From the human T2T-CHM13v2.0 reference genome, Homo sapiens: 64,000 bases of DNA. The DNA is taken from assembly GCF_009914755.1 (NCBI RefSeq), contig NC_060930.1, one strand, 5' to 3'. A model generated the notes under the pieces. The model searched no databases, was not told the DNA's origin, and saw only the letters and a list, made by a program, of their open reading frames with translations. The translations under genes and the position numbers were made by a program. Shown piece by piece: positions 1 to 15,776 of the stretch; within the stretch, counting starts at the first letter, position 1, and each line of letters begins with the position of its first letter.

Positions 1-68
1 CCTCGTGATCCACCCACCTCAGCTTCCCAAAGTGCTGGGATTACAGGCGTGAGCCACCGCACCCAGCC
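1..68 (-). mobile_element. Alu, 5' end (partial at window edge)
   Basis: cccaaagtgctgggattacaggcgtgagccacc is the reverse complement of the Alu head. Confidence 0.9.
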
Positions 69-452
69 GAGTCTTCTAATGTGAAGTAGAGATATCTGAG
101 GGACCTGAAACTTGTACAACTTGTGGAGACTTTGGGAAAACAAAGAGGGAACCAGGTACAGGGCATCTAGGGCCTTGGACAGGGCCGTGCAAATAAAGGA
201 TTCTGAAGTTGAGGTGTCATTCGCTTCCCAGAAAACCCACCTCTGAATGAGTAACAAGATAGACAGAAAATGTATAAACGCACATCTTCATTTCTGTGTC
301 AGACTTTCTGATGGATATGCATGCGTGCTGTCTCATTGTTGCAAAAATGAGTCTTTTAAGCCTATGAATAGGGAACTGAGCTGAGAGCTGTTCTTTATTC
401 ATCACCTTCCTTTGTGGCTGTAATCAGCTTCCGTAAAGAATCTATGCAAGCA

Positions 453-748
453 GGCCGGTCGCAGTGGCTCACACCTGTAATCCCAGCACTTTGGGAGGCC
501 ACGGTGGGCAGATCACCTGAGGTTGGGAGTTTGAGACCAGCCTGACCAACATGAAGAAACCCTGTCTCTACTAAAAATACAAAATTAGCGGAGGATGGCG
601 GTGCATGCCTGTAATATCAGCTACTCGGGAGGTTGAGGCAGGAGAATTTCATGAACCTGGGAGGCGGAGGTTGTGGTGAGCCAAGATCGCGCCATTGCAT
701 TCCCGCCTGGGCAACAAGAGCGAACTCCGTCTCAGAGAAAAAAAAAAA
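453..748 (+). mobile_element. AluS (Sp-like) with 18-bp TSD
   Basis: Full dimer. aaagaatctatgcaagca is present on both flanks. Confidence 0.92.
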
Positions 749-2879
749 GAATCTATGCAAGCAAAAAAGTCATGAGGTTTTCAGGTAAAATTTCAAGGAC
801 AATGCAGTCACTCAACTTTTCCCCTGTGTACGAGGCAGAAAGCATGGTGGCTGCACGCTGAAGCTGTGAAACTTCTCAAGGAAATAGCTGTGGTAAACAA
901 TACAGGAGCGAGCTGCCGCCCGCTTGAAATGACCTGCAGGGCTGTGGCTTGTGGGCTTTGAGAACGTTCTGTAGTCTTCCCTTGAAAGCGTGTGTGGTGA
1001 TGACAGTCACATTCACACGCACTCATGCTACCGCAGATCTCTGCATTTCCACTCTGGTGACGTTTCCCCCGTACCAGGGAGGGCTGAACATTTATTTCCT
1101 TTGATCTGATGACTGACTGCTCAGAGACAATAGATGATTGGATGAAAGAAATAGGGGCCCCTAAGAATAAACAATGTGTCCCTTTCCCATCCTCCTCGTC
1201 TCTTTTCTTCATTGGTTTTACTTTTCTTGTACTTTTCCCCTTTCACCAGATTTAGAAGCCAAAGTCAAGATTTGCTGTTAGGCTGAGGAAAGCAAGCAGG
1301 CATTGTTTCAAACTCCTAGTGCATGGCTGACTATTTCAGTCCCCTGGCGGAGCTGTCCCACACGTCTCTCCCTGGGAAGCCCTCCCTGGTCCCACCAGCC
1401 CTCTCTGCTCCTGTGTGGAGTGACTCGTGCCTTCTGATCCTTGGGTTTTGTACTCATCCCACCATGTTATGAGTTATTTGTCTGTGTGTCCATGTTCTGG
1501 CTGGGATGGGTCCTTCTTAAATGCAGAGATTGAGTCTCACTTCTTTTTAGATCCTCGATATCTGGCACGTGCTTGATACATAGAGGCCAATAAAATCAGT
1601 GTTGAACTGACACACTCAATGCCGTAACCAAACTGTGTTTGTCTGGATGCCGAAGTTCCACTGGGATACAGCATGACCAGATAAAGACCAATGGAAACAC
1701 CTAGATTGAAGTTTTCCCCATGGCTGCCCGCGTCCCTCCCAATCCCAGAACAGTGGCTTAACTTCCTACTCTTGGGCCTTCCTGAAGGGGAGATGGAAGG
1801 GTAGAAGAAACCCTTTTGAGTCGGGCTTGCTTTGTTCTGGCTGTTGCTCTAGGGCTGTGCCTGGATGACTCAGTGAGTTCCCCAAACAGCCCTGTGAAGC
1901 AGGGATGGCTCCATGTCACGGAGGAGGAAGGCCAGTCTCCCAGAGATGAAGCAGCTGGCCTGAGAGCACGTGGCTGAGTCCTGGCTGGGTATGAGCCCAG
2001 ACTGTCTGGCTCCAAAAGTGACACAGAGACAGGATGGCTGAGTGTCGGGGGGGCTTCTCCACATGGCTGTAGGAGAATGTTTCCTTCCAGGTGGTGCTGT
2101 GGTGTGGGATTTATTCATTTTTAATTGCCAGATAAAATCAGGCTGATCGATGGAGTGCTGTAAAACAAAGACAGGCACCATTACAAAAATGTAGCAGGGG
2201 AGTTAGGAGACTGGATCTAAGCTCCGAGCAGGTGAGGACGGTGCCTGACTCAGTGCTTGGGACATCATAGAGCATTTAAGATCTTGTTGAGCAAATGATG
2301 GAGTGACCGAATAAATGTCATCCTGGGAAAATGGACCTAGGAGATTTCCGTATTCAAGCTATGAGATTGTGAATTCCTGCGTGAGATGATTAACATACAA
2401 TTTCAAAGATTCCTGTTAAATTCCAAAATGACTCAGATTTTTCTATGCTTTTTGGATTTCTGAAGACTGAGGTTTTCTGCAGTGAGGACTCACTTGCCCC
2501 CTGCCCGTCCTTACTTCCTGCTGTACTTGAATATGGGCTTCCTGCCCTAGGAAGGAAGTTTGACATCGGAGTAAATCTCCGTGTCGCAATATTCTTCAGG
2601 TTTCTCAATTCAAGCCAAACATCAAGTGCCTCCTGGCTGGGTGATGGGGGAATCGCTGAAATCTGATATTGTCCCTAGAAGGCAAACACTCAAGACAGAA
2701 TGAAATCAGGGTCACCATCGAAATATACAAATTAGAAAGCAGTTAAATTTGAAGGAGCAATGGATCTTTATTGTAAATGAGGAGAAAGTTTCTGAACTGG
2801 GTAGCCTTGATCTGGCCCTTGAAGGGCTAATAGTAAGAGTGAGGCTGCTCTTACTGTTAGTACCACGACTGTCAGCCGG

Positions 2880-3120
2880 CATTAGCTGAGTGTACTTATG
2901 AGCTGAGCACTGTGCTCTAGAGGTCTCCACATGCATCAGCACGTTTCGTCATCATAGCACCTCCGTGAAGTGGGTGCTGCACCTGTCTACTTCGTAGATG
3001 AGGACATGAAGCCCCAGAGGGCTTAAGTAACTTGCCCATCATCAGCTCAACAGCAAGTCGGTGGCAGAGGCAGCTACTCACCCACACAGCCAGCCCCCAG
3101 CCCTGGTCTCATGACTGTCC
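2880..3120 (+). mobile_element. MIR-like SINE remnant
   Basis: gagcactgtgctctag...gatgaggacatgaagccccagagggcttaagtaacttgccc resembles the MIR core. Confidence 0.55.
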
Positions 3121-3671
3121 CCATCTCTTGCCTCATTGGGCAGAAGGAAGAGTGGGGCCGATGCGTGGAAATGCAGAGCGCATGTGGTCAGGGAATGGTC
3201 TTGAATGAGGTCAGTATGGGAGTGGCGAGCATTCTGTGGGAACTGAGGATGGAGGAGTCAGGAGAACTGGATCGGGAGGTCACGACTGGGATGCCTGTGC
3301 TTTAGAATGTGTTTACGGGAAGGGAAAACCAGCGTGACTTCACTGGAGAGTGGAAGAGTGACACATTCCCACCTCAGTATTGTCACATCTGCCGTCTCTC
3401 ACCCTAGAGATGCCTTCTCCTCCTTTCCAATCCTCACACAACTCCCCTCTTCTCCCAGGCCTGGCGGTGGCGTCTCAGCCAGGCAGGTGTCCTGTCCTTT
3501 CCTGTCACCTGTCAGTCTTCCTCTTCCTCGTGGTCCATTCAGCAACATCACTGCTGCTCTGGGTGGTTGCATGTGGTCGTTTGCCTGCAAGCAGGTGGGT
3601 GCAGCCAGTTCAGGACCCCTGTGACAACTATTCCTGTTACCTGCTTTGTGAGTGTTAAAAATGTCATCCTT

Positions 3672-3987
<316 letters not shown>

Positions 3988-4371
3988 CTATTGTTGTAGA
4001 AGGGCCTGAAGCACAAACCTGGTGTTGTGTGGTGATGGCGGGACAGTGTGGAGAAATATGCAGCGAATTTTAATAGATTTCACAGAATTCCTTGACTACC
4101 TCATGTTCTACTTCAAAATGGCACAAAACCAAAAGCATTCAAGAGAGAATTACATTTGTTTTATCCATTTTTAAGACTATGTAAAGTAACTCCATGTGGT
4201 TTTTCATATCTTGCTAGTGTAAGTGACCAGAATTTAAATCTGTAAAGGTTCACTTTTTCTTGCTAATGCTGTGAGGTGTTTGGAAGTTATCTCTGATCTT
4301 CCTGGTACTTACTATAGGCTCATTCAGTTTACTAATTAACTCCATCTGCCACCTTAAAAACCCTTAGTAGT

Positions 4372-4705
4372 GGCCGGGCACGGTGACTCATGCCTGTAAT
4401 CCCAGTACTTTGGGAGGCCGAGGCGGACAGATCAACTGAGGTCAGGAGTTCAAGACCAGTCTGGCCAACATGGTGAAACCCTTTCTCTACTAAAAATACA
4501 AAAATTAGCCGTGTGTGATGGCGCGTGCCTGTAATCCCAGCTACTCAGGAGGCTGAGTCAAGAGAATCGCTGGAACCTGGGAGGTAGAGGTTGTAGTGAG
4601 GCGAGATTGCACCATTGCACTCCAGCCTGGGTGGCAGAGCGAGACTCTGGCTCAAAAAAAAAAAAAAAAAAAAAAAAGAGAGAAAAAGAAAAAAGAAAAA
4701 AAGAG
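4372..4705 (+). mobile_element. AluS with long A/AG-rich tail
   Basis: Full Alu dimer plus poly(A). Confidence 0.9.
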
Positions 4706-5100
4706 AAACTGTTAATGGCTAGGAAAAACTTTATGAAAAAACAAAACAAAAAACCTGAAAGATAATTTTAAAATGAGTAAATTGTCACCTAGGCATACTT
4801 TGTCTTGGAAAAATAGACTATGACTCTGTCTCAAAAGAAAAGAAGTAAAGGGATAGTGAATGATAATATGTACTTGTATATGTAAACTGCATGAGAAGAC
4901 AAGGTGAAATAGTCAGATGTTTGCATACATCAAATCATATTAAGGACATTGTCTGCAGACGCGGGCCATCAATACATGGCATAGTGATTCCAGTACCATA
5001 AGCAATGTTGCCCTCCATGATGTCTTTCTGAAACAATAAAAAATTCTTGTTAAAGTTTGAAATGAAACAAAATACAGTCTTCCTTCCATTTACACACTAG

Positions 5101-5425
<325 letters not shown>

Positions 5426-5860
5426 CACTAGTTGCATTTCTAGAACATTTGGAGTGTACAAAACCCTGCAAAATATACTTTTAAATATGAGTTAAATTCT
5501 GTTGTTAATTAAAATTTTTTTTTGCCTAAATGACTTGTATGATTTATATGAAAATGCAAGACAGTTATTTGTCGCTGTGACAATCATATATACTCCACAC
5601 ATTCCTAAAGATGGGGGTATGGTACTGCACTCATTGAAAAGCTGGAGCGAGTCCTGCTGAAATGAAGCAACTGTGGTTCAATCGAATGCCCAACGCCATC
5701 AAGCCAGTGGGGACACCAGTGGAACACTGGAAACCAAAGAGAAATGACCTTCATAGCTTTCTGGTCAATCTTGATGCTACCATAGGATGATGCTCTATGC
5801 TATACCTCTTGGATCGTTGCAAAAAGTTACCCCTTCTTTGGAGTGGACCTTCCAAAGTTA

Positions 5861-6169
<309 letters not shown>

Positions 6170-6584
6170 GAGGGTATGTCTCAATCTTATCAATAGAAGG
6201 CTTTACTCATAGTAGTTGCTAAACCATAGGGTTGGTTGATTGTTGTTCTAAGTGCTAACCAAGTGCTTGAGTGACATGGTTTATAGAAGCTAGAATCAAG
6301 GTTTAGAGAAACTAGGATCAAAGTCTCTAAAAGTGAAGAGTAACAATGATGGGATGAATGCGGAATACACATACCTCGAGTTCTCTAAGCTCAGTCCCAG
6401 GCAACTGGGAACACCAGAAGGTTTCCTGCTTTGGTCTGTATTTGAAATACTTCCAGTGAATTACAATGTAGTGTTATATCCTTGGCTTTAATTTGAGGTC
6501 AATATAGTGATACAGAAAGTACAGTTTTGCACATCTTCTGCCAAGCCAGAAGGAGCTGTCTGTCTAGGGAGTTGATCGTCTTAG

Positions 6585-6951
<367 letters not shown>

Positions 6952-7212
6952 TAGACAGCATCTTGACTTTTCATTTCGTTTTGTTTTGCTTTGCCTTGGC
7001 TACCAGGAAGGTCAGAAATACATTTAAGGTTGAAGTGGTCACTGTTTTACTTCCTGTTCTTAGTAGAATTATCAGTCCTTTTTCACTGGCTGCTGATGTC
7101 TCTCTGACTTTATTTTAGCTGTCTTCTATAAGCTTTTATTGTAAGCTGCATCATATTTTTGTTAGATGTAGAATAGGGTATAAATGACCAGTCAGTCAAG
7201 TCATGAACCTTA

Positions 7213-7613
<401 letters not shown>

Positions 7614-8017
7614 TCATTTTTCTGTAACGTGGAGTGAATGGGCACTAGGGGGAGCGTGAGCTCCCTCTTAGCCTTCGAAAGGGCGTTTCCCACACTTGCA
7701 CCTGGGGCCCACAGGCGGGGGTTTGGGAAAGTAAGTGTAGTGCTTTGTAATGATCATTGAACCCTGTATTTCTGAAGTGCGTTAAGACCTAATAGCCACC
7801 TGTATGAGCGAGCGGTTGAGTATTTCAGATTCCCCCACCAGATTCACTGAGTGGTGTCATTACCAGCCAATACTGCAGCTATGTGGTCCTGCTTACCTGG
7901 AGTACTGGAGACCAGAGCCAGAGAACGGAGCACAAACAGCCACATGAAAAGAAAGCACAGTGCACAGAGCAAGTGTTTGCAGCCAGGTGCAAAAACTCTT
8001 CACTAAAAACACTCGAG

Positions 8018-8350
<333 letters not shown>

Positions 8351-8501
8351 TTAGTAGAGTGGAAATAAGAAGACAGCATGAAGAACTGAGGGGCAAGTTG
8401 AGAAGAATGGGCTCGTGCAGTTGGTGACTTGATGGCTAATTTGCACCTTGCCACTTGGCACTTGGTCACACACGGTTTTCTATTACTTTCCTCTTTTCCA
8501 G

Positions 8502-8618
8502 AGACTCAGAGCCTTGGGGCACTGAGGGATGCCAGTTCTGCCTGTTCATCTGGAACCTGGATCTAAGGAGGGAAGAGGCGTTGCCCCTGCTGGCATAGTC
8601 AGGTACCAGCCCAGCCAG
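8502..8618 (+). other. SYTL3: Putative SYTL3 5'-UTR exon (117 nt)
   Basis: Strong acceptor (tattactttcctcttttccag) and near-consensus donor (CAG|gtaaga) in non-repeat sequence about 2 kb upstream of the SYTL3 ATG. Confidence 0.7.
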
Positions 8619-8859
8619 GTAAGAACCTAAAGTCCTTGTTGCTTTGTGATTTTCCCTTCATCTAGAGAGGAGGCCTTTGGAGAACAGGTCTTGTGGGTGC
8701 TTTGTCAGAGACTAGAAGCCGAGAACATCCCTTTTCAGAGCTCTGGGTTTTCTGTTCCTCATGCAACCTCTGCAGTTGGGATGAATAATATATTTTAATT
8801 TTATTTTACAATAGGGAAACTGACAAATATTGAATTCCTGAACTGAGCAATCTTGGCCT

Positions 8860-9272
8860 GTAGGCCCATGAACTTGGAGAAAAAATTAAATCTTTATTTT
8901 TATTAACCTTTAACTCAAATTTAGCATTTTCTTAAAATATGGATATAGGCAAGAAACCACAGTAGAATCAGCAGAACTTGTGACTTTGTCACCAACAGAA
9001 ATCACAGATATTTTCATACCACATGATATGTTGTAGCTATCTCAAGACATTGTTTCTATTCATCACTACTTTGAAATTCTGGGAGTCCTTAGATCACTGC
9101 TAGATCTTAATATTTCATGCATCAAGGAACACATATATTACTATATTACAATTTTTAAATATTTCAGTATAATCAATTTCTTCCTATGTAACACAGCATA
9201 CCTTATTTTATGCGTTTAAATACGTAGGCTTCACCAGACTACCAAAGATTAAGAAAAAGGTTAAGAACCTTT
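8860..9272 (+). mobile_element. hAT-Charlie DNA transposon (Charlie4a-like)
   Basis: gtgactttgtcaccaacagaaatcacagatattttcata...ggcttcaccagact...aaaggttaagaacc matches the recalled consensus. Confidence 0.7.
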
Positions 9273-9982
9273 GCTTAAAGGAAATGCTACCTTAGAGCTC
9301 TGTTAGCCTCTCATTCACTAATTTGCCATGGATCATAAATTAATATAATGCAGATTTTTTTTGAAGCCTAGCAAAGGAAGTTTAGCTTTTAAAGCATTGA
9401 AAGGACGTCTTATCACTAAGGGATTCCCATAGATTTAATAACAAAAATGGTACTATAGGAAGTATATTGATTTGATCTTCTGCATTTTCTGGATAAAAGG
9501 ATGTATGCAGAACCTTTCAGCTGTCATTAAACAAAAACAAGAGCTAATGCATAAGGCAGCTCATGAAACTTATTCAAGACTGTAAATAATTGATAGGCTG
9601 AGCTTGTGGTGGTGCTGCTTCATACATCCTTAATTGATTAAACATTTTTTGAGTGTTGAAGTTAATGGTAAAAATAATAGCCAACAGTTGGGAATGTCAT
9701 TTTTCCAGTATTTCTTCAATTAGGGTAATGTACATTAAACACAGACTTTTACGTCCTCTGACCACTAAAGTTATGGAATCCATATTAGGAAAATTCAAGT
9801 TTGGAAGTTTGAGGCTTTTAGAAATATAAGAAGTGTTATTTAAGCAAATTTAAAATTTTACATTATCACCGCGAGCAGAAAATGCAAGGGTTTGTGTAGA
9901 ATATTTTGTCTTTTTGGAAGTAATGCTGCAGAGATACTTAAGCCAAGAAAAATGTTGCCATTTTTTGTTTTCTTTTCTGCAG

Positions 9983-10045
9983 GTATTGAACGGGCTGAGC
10001 TTTTCATGATGGTTCCTGCTGACCTGGAAACATCTTAAATGGAAG
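9983..10045 (+). other. SYTL3: Putative SYTL3 5'-UTR exon (63 nt); may run through to 10611 if 10046-10437 is retained
   Basis: Strong acceptor (ttttttgttttcttttctgcag). Donor AAG|gttagc at 10046. Weaker downstream acceptor (catctgcag) ends at 10437. Confidence 0.6.
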
Positions 10046-10501
10046 GTTAGCTTCTATGAGTCACTGATACTCTTTTTATTGCTATTTCTAAATTTCCTTG
10101 GCTTGAAAATTACTTCTGCTTTGCAGAAATTATCTGCTTGCAGCTGTGGATAATTTATAACAATCTCTGGTGAAACCTCAGAAAAGAGATATGCTTTTGT
10201 CTTAGATGGATGTCAGCAGCTGCTGCAGAACCCGGTGAAAACACCCCCCGGGTAGCACGAGGCTCTGCGAGCCGTAACTCCGACAAACGCAGAACTTCTT
10301 GAGGCTTTCTTCTTCTAAGGAGTATGACACAGTTAAAAAGGAAAAAAGAACCACAAGCAAAACAGTTGCCAGTGAAATAGGAGAGGGAGCTCTTTAAACA
10401 AGGCTGGCTGCAGCTGGCCTCCGCCGCTCATCTGCAGGGCGTGAGCGCTTGGTCCATGCAGTGAAGCTCTTCCAACCTGGGTCAACGAAAACGGAGAAGA
10501 A

Positions 10502-10611
10502 ATGGCCCAAGAAATAGATCTGAGTGCTCTCAAGGAGTTAGAACGCGAGGCCATTCTCCAGGTCCTGTACCGAGACCAGGCGGTTCAAAACACAGAGGAG
10601 GAGAGGACACG
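10502..10611 (+). CDS. SYTL3: SYTL3 coding exon 1 (start codon; SHD1 helix)
   Basis: gaaATGg Kozak context. Translates MAQEIDLSALKELEREAILQVLYRDQAVQNTEEERT(R), recognised as the Slp3 N-terminus. Donor CG|gtaggc, phase 2. Confidence 0.96.
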
Positions 10612-11495
10612 GTAGGCTGCCCTTCCCGGGGGGTCACTTTGGGTGTTTAGCTTTCTCTGCTTGGGGCCTGCCACTCCGTCGCCAATGCTGTTTGCTTACA
10701 AATCACTACCCACCTGCTGCTGGGCTTCGTGCCTGAGAAGGGTCCTAACGAAGGTCTGTTGGTGGAGATGATCCTCCTTATGTAACTAAACGTAGAGGAC
10801 GCTCAGGAGGAGGAGGGAGGCCGCTCTTGTTATTCATTTAAAACGGTGCCTTTGGGCGGTAAGTTTGCTGTCTGCCATCTGCTTGTCTGTTTGCCGACTT
10901 CGTGGGAATCATTCAAGGGACATTTTCAGGCTTCCAGTTTACCCCTTCTTTAAGGAAAGACCTCCAGTTAAGGGTTTTCCTACCTCATTTTTGACGGTGC
11001 CGGGAGGTGTAAAGAAAAGCAAAGAAAGAGGCTCACAAGCAGCAACTCTGATGGAATCCAGCCCTGTCTTTTTTTCTTTGCTCGCTTTTGCTTCCCAGCT
11101 GGCTTTGAGGAAGGGGGAGCATAAAATATGAACCTGCTTAGCCTGTTTCCTGACCGCTTTGCCAACAGGGAACTCTTCCCTGTCTGTCTCTAAGCTGCAC
11201 GGGCCGTTTGATATGGGTCAGCATTTAGAAAAGCGTGCTGAACTCTAGCAGAGCAGTGTTCCGCCTTAGCTGTCAAGATCCATCTTTAAACAGGTTGGCG
11301 CTTGTTTATCAATGTCTATGGAGGAAGTGAGGGTTTGGTTTCTAATGGCAGAACACATTAGAAAACAAAACTTTGGACAACCAAATGCTTGAGGAGTGAG
11401 GAGAATTTTCTGGTATAGTATTCTTCATCCTCCCTGTTATTTCAAAGCTTTCTAAGTGCACTTGTAAACTTTCTTCCATTAAAAACTATAATACA

Positions 11496-11882
<387 letters not shown>

Positions 11883-12628
11883 TTAACAAAGTGACATAGA
11901 CATAGTGATAACAAAGTTGTATTTCAAAGGGTACTAATTCTAGGGTAGATCCTGAAAGTTGAATTTTAAAGTGCATTTCTGATGTCATCTTGTTTCTTGG
12001 GATTGGCTCATCTTTTCTACAAGTAGGTATCACAGACATTCATAAAAGAGCGTGCTAGTAAATGACACCTTTTTGGTCCAATACAGTATCTCTTTGCACT
12101 ATGGCTATTTGTCTAGGGGAGTGGGCTGACCACTCATTAAAAAAAAAAATGTAGCAAAAGCATAGCATCAGTTGATTTTATTGGGCAACTTATACCCATA
12201 GCAGGATGTATGCTGTGTGTTTCTAGATTATTCCATGCCTTGCAGATTAGAATGGATGCTCCTTTCAGTGTCTTTTCCTCTCCTTTCACTATTCTTGCTT
12301 ACTATCATAACAGCCTTTGGGCAGGAAGGGATGGACCTAGCAGGGAGCTTCTCTGCCCCAGGCATGTTATTTATACTTTGCCATTTAGTCCTCACAGCAA
12401 CCCTGGGAGGTAAGGTCATATCACCTGTTTCACGGTTGAAAAAACCCTTGAGACTCGACTCTGAGATGTTGAGTGAGAGCCCAGTTCACACAGCCATGTT
12501 GGAGTCCAGGGATGTCGAATGCCAAAGCCCCTTCCCTTGCCATGGGGGTTACTGCCTGGGCTCTTGCCCTATAGCCTGGGGTCAGGTGTTCCATCTAATA
12601 CTATCTTCTTTAACTCTGAGGGCTGCAG

Positions 12629-12847
12629 GAAACTGAAAACACACCTGCAGCATCTCCGGTGGAAAGGAGCGAAGAACACGGACTGGGAGCACAAAGAGAA
12701 GTGCTGTGCGCGCTGCCAGCAGGTGCTGGGGTTCCTGCTGCACCGGGGCGCCGTGTGCCGGGGCTGCAGCCACCGCGTGTGTGCCCAGTGCCGAGTGTTC
12801 CTGAGGGGGACCCATGCCTGGAAGTGCACGGTGTGCTTCGAGGACAG
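12629..12847 (+). CDS. SYTL3: SYTL3 coding exon 2 (rabphilin/FYVE-type Zn finger of the Slp homology domain)
   Basis: ctgcag|G acceptor, AG|gtaagc donor. KLKTHLQHLRWKGAKNTDWEHKEKCCARCQQVLGFLLHRGAVCRGCSHRVCAQCRVFLRGTHAWKCTVCFEDR has four CxxC pairs (ORF 12519..12851). In frame with exon 1. Confidence 0.97.
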
Positions 12848-13051
12848 GTAAGCATGGCCGGTGGTTGGATCCCTCCCACTGATTCAGGTCTCGGAGGAGG
12901 CCTCTTTACAAACCGCTCATAAAGAGAGCACTCACTCCTCACCTTCAGCCAGTAAATGTGTACCGAGTGCCTGATAGGGAGCTACCTTTCTAGCCTTGGA
13001 AGTTATCTTCATCCAAAAATAAATTTTATGTAGCAACATTTTTTTCATTTA

Positions 13052-13335
<284 letters not shown>

Positions 13336-15407
13336 AAGTTTGTTAAGTCGAAGGATGGGCTAACCCAGGAGTTCAGATTCATTTGGGTCTCTTAACTAAG
13401 TGCTGTCATTTTCTTAGCACTTAATTTATCTCCTTCAGTACCAGTGGAGTAAATTATAATCTAGGGAATATTGGAGTAATCATCTGAGGCTTTAAATACT
13501 GCGTTTTTGAAGCTGACCTGTCTTTAATACTCAGCTAAAGAAATGGACATGCTTCCCTTTAGTGACAGACTGAATCTACGTTTATAGTTATCAATTGGTG
13601 TTTAGGGGGTTTTAATACCAGTTTTAACATGGAATTGGTGTTTTTGCGTTCCCCATTCTGAAAACGATAAAGAGCCAACTTGGCTTAGACTCCCGCTGTT
13701 CAAAGCAAGAATGAACTGGCCATGAGCTCCGTGAAAACACTAGAGGGGTGACTCCGTCTGCTGGGGGAGACGGTGCACAAGGACATCACAGAACTTCGGA
13801 GAAGGGAAGGAATACTAGGCTGGTGTGAATGGGAGTCATCAGAGACCCTGAGATTTGAAAACAACTTCTAAATATTGCCACAGATGTGTGAGTGCCCCAG
13901 GGACAAAGACTGTGGGAGGCACTTACACAGTGTGGGCATTGTGGCTGGGGTTTCTTCCCCCTAAATCCGGAGGGCTGTGTTTAACGCACGCCCTGGCATT
14001 CATTTACTTAAGTGTCCTGTCCCTTTGCAAGGCTTACTGTATTTCAGTCATCTAGCCAGAGAGGTGAAGTGGTTCAACCTGATTTCTTTGCTCTTGAACT
14101 GCATTCCGTCCATTTCGCTCACAGCGTGCCAAGTCGCACGGACGGTGGCCGAATTCGCCTTCTCATCTCATGTTTCTTTGGTTTGCTGAAGCCATTGTCC
14201 TTCAGGCTTTTCCTTGCTTGAGAGCAAAAAATAATTACTGTGAGCTGCCCTGGCGGCATAGAGAGCAATTCCAAATCATCTCTAGAAAGGTCTCAGGATC
14301 TTCTTCCCCATTTCAACCAACCATATATATTTGAAGTCTAATAATAAACATTGCTGGGCAGGGTGTTACATTTCTCAGCATTTTTTCTTCTTCTACCAAT
14401 GAACTGTAAACGAAAAATCAAAACAAGAGGACAAGGTCTGAGGCAATCTCCCAGGAAGCTGACAGTGTTGAAATCTCTGCCCTAGTGAGTCTTGTGTCCC
14501 AGGCACTGTAACTTTACCCTCTAAGTACATGAAATACGACTTCTAAAACCCCAGCTTCCTTATTTTGAAATGAGGTTGGTTTTCAAAATACTTAAGGTCA
14601 TTGCATTACTATGAGTGCATTAACAGGAGAAGTCGGGAGGGGAGAGAGCCAAGTAGTTTGTGGTGATGTGCATTTTCTTTCCCCTCGCCTTGCTCCCTGT
14701 CCCCGCAGCCCTCTGTCCTCTCTCCAGCTTTATCCAGTCTGGGCTGTCCTCCTCCTCTTTAGGACCAAAAGAAAGATGAGACTTTGTAAAACTTTAGAAT
14801 CTTTGACATTCATAACTGTCGCACATCTGGGGACCTAGAAAAGGTTTTTGACCCCGATCATTGTCTCCCCTGCTTCTTCCTTCGCTTCAGGCTCATTTCT
14901 CAAGAAAAAGTGGATCTGTGACAGGAACAAGATGAGGAAAATTGGTTTTTAAAATCAAGAAAGGGGAAGTGCTAGGGTAGCAATGACCAAAACCAACCAA
15001 CCAACTCGCAGGTTGCTGCAGAACAAGAGGCCTGTGGCAGGTGTTGGCCCTGACCTTGTGTTGAGAGGTTCCAGAAGACATTTAAGATAAAGTTTCTGTC
15101 TTCAGGGAAGGTTTTCTCTTAGAGAACTGAGTGCCAAGTTGCTAAGGGCCCTGGGAGCTCAGAGAGGGAGAGATGAGGCAGGCTGAGTGGCACAAGACGA
15201 CTTCCAGAACATCCATGGTTGGAATAGTCTTTTAATGTTTTATTAAAAGCATAAAACAATCGTGTGGGGTAGCTACTACTTTCATCCTCATTTTACAGTT
15301 GAGAAAGTGGAGGATTAGAGACACAAGATGGTTTGTCCATGTCATATCAGTAAGAACAGAGTGAAGATGGCAACCCAGGTCCCCCCGGCCCCCAGGCCTC
15401 CTTCTGA

Positions 15408-15776
<369 letters not shown>

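Noticed and set aside
12217-12636. 139-aa hydrophobic ORF overlapping the exon 2 acceptor
   Set aside because: It runs through MIR-like intronic sequence with no recognisable domain, and ends out of frame just inside the real exon.
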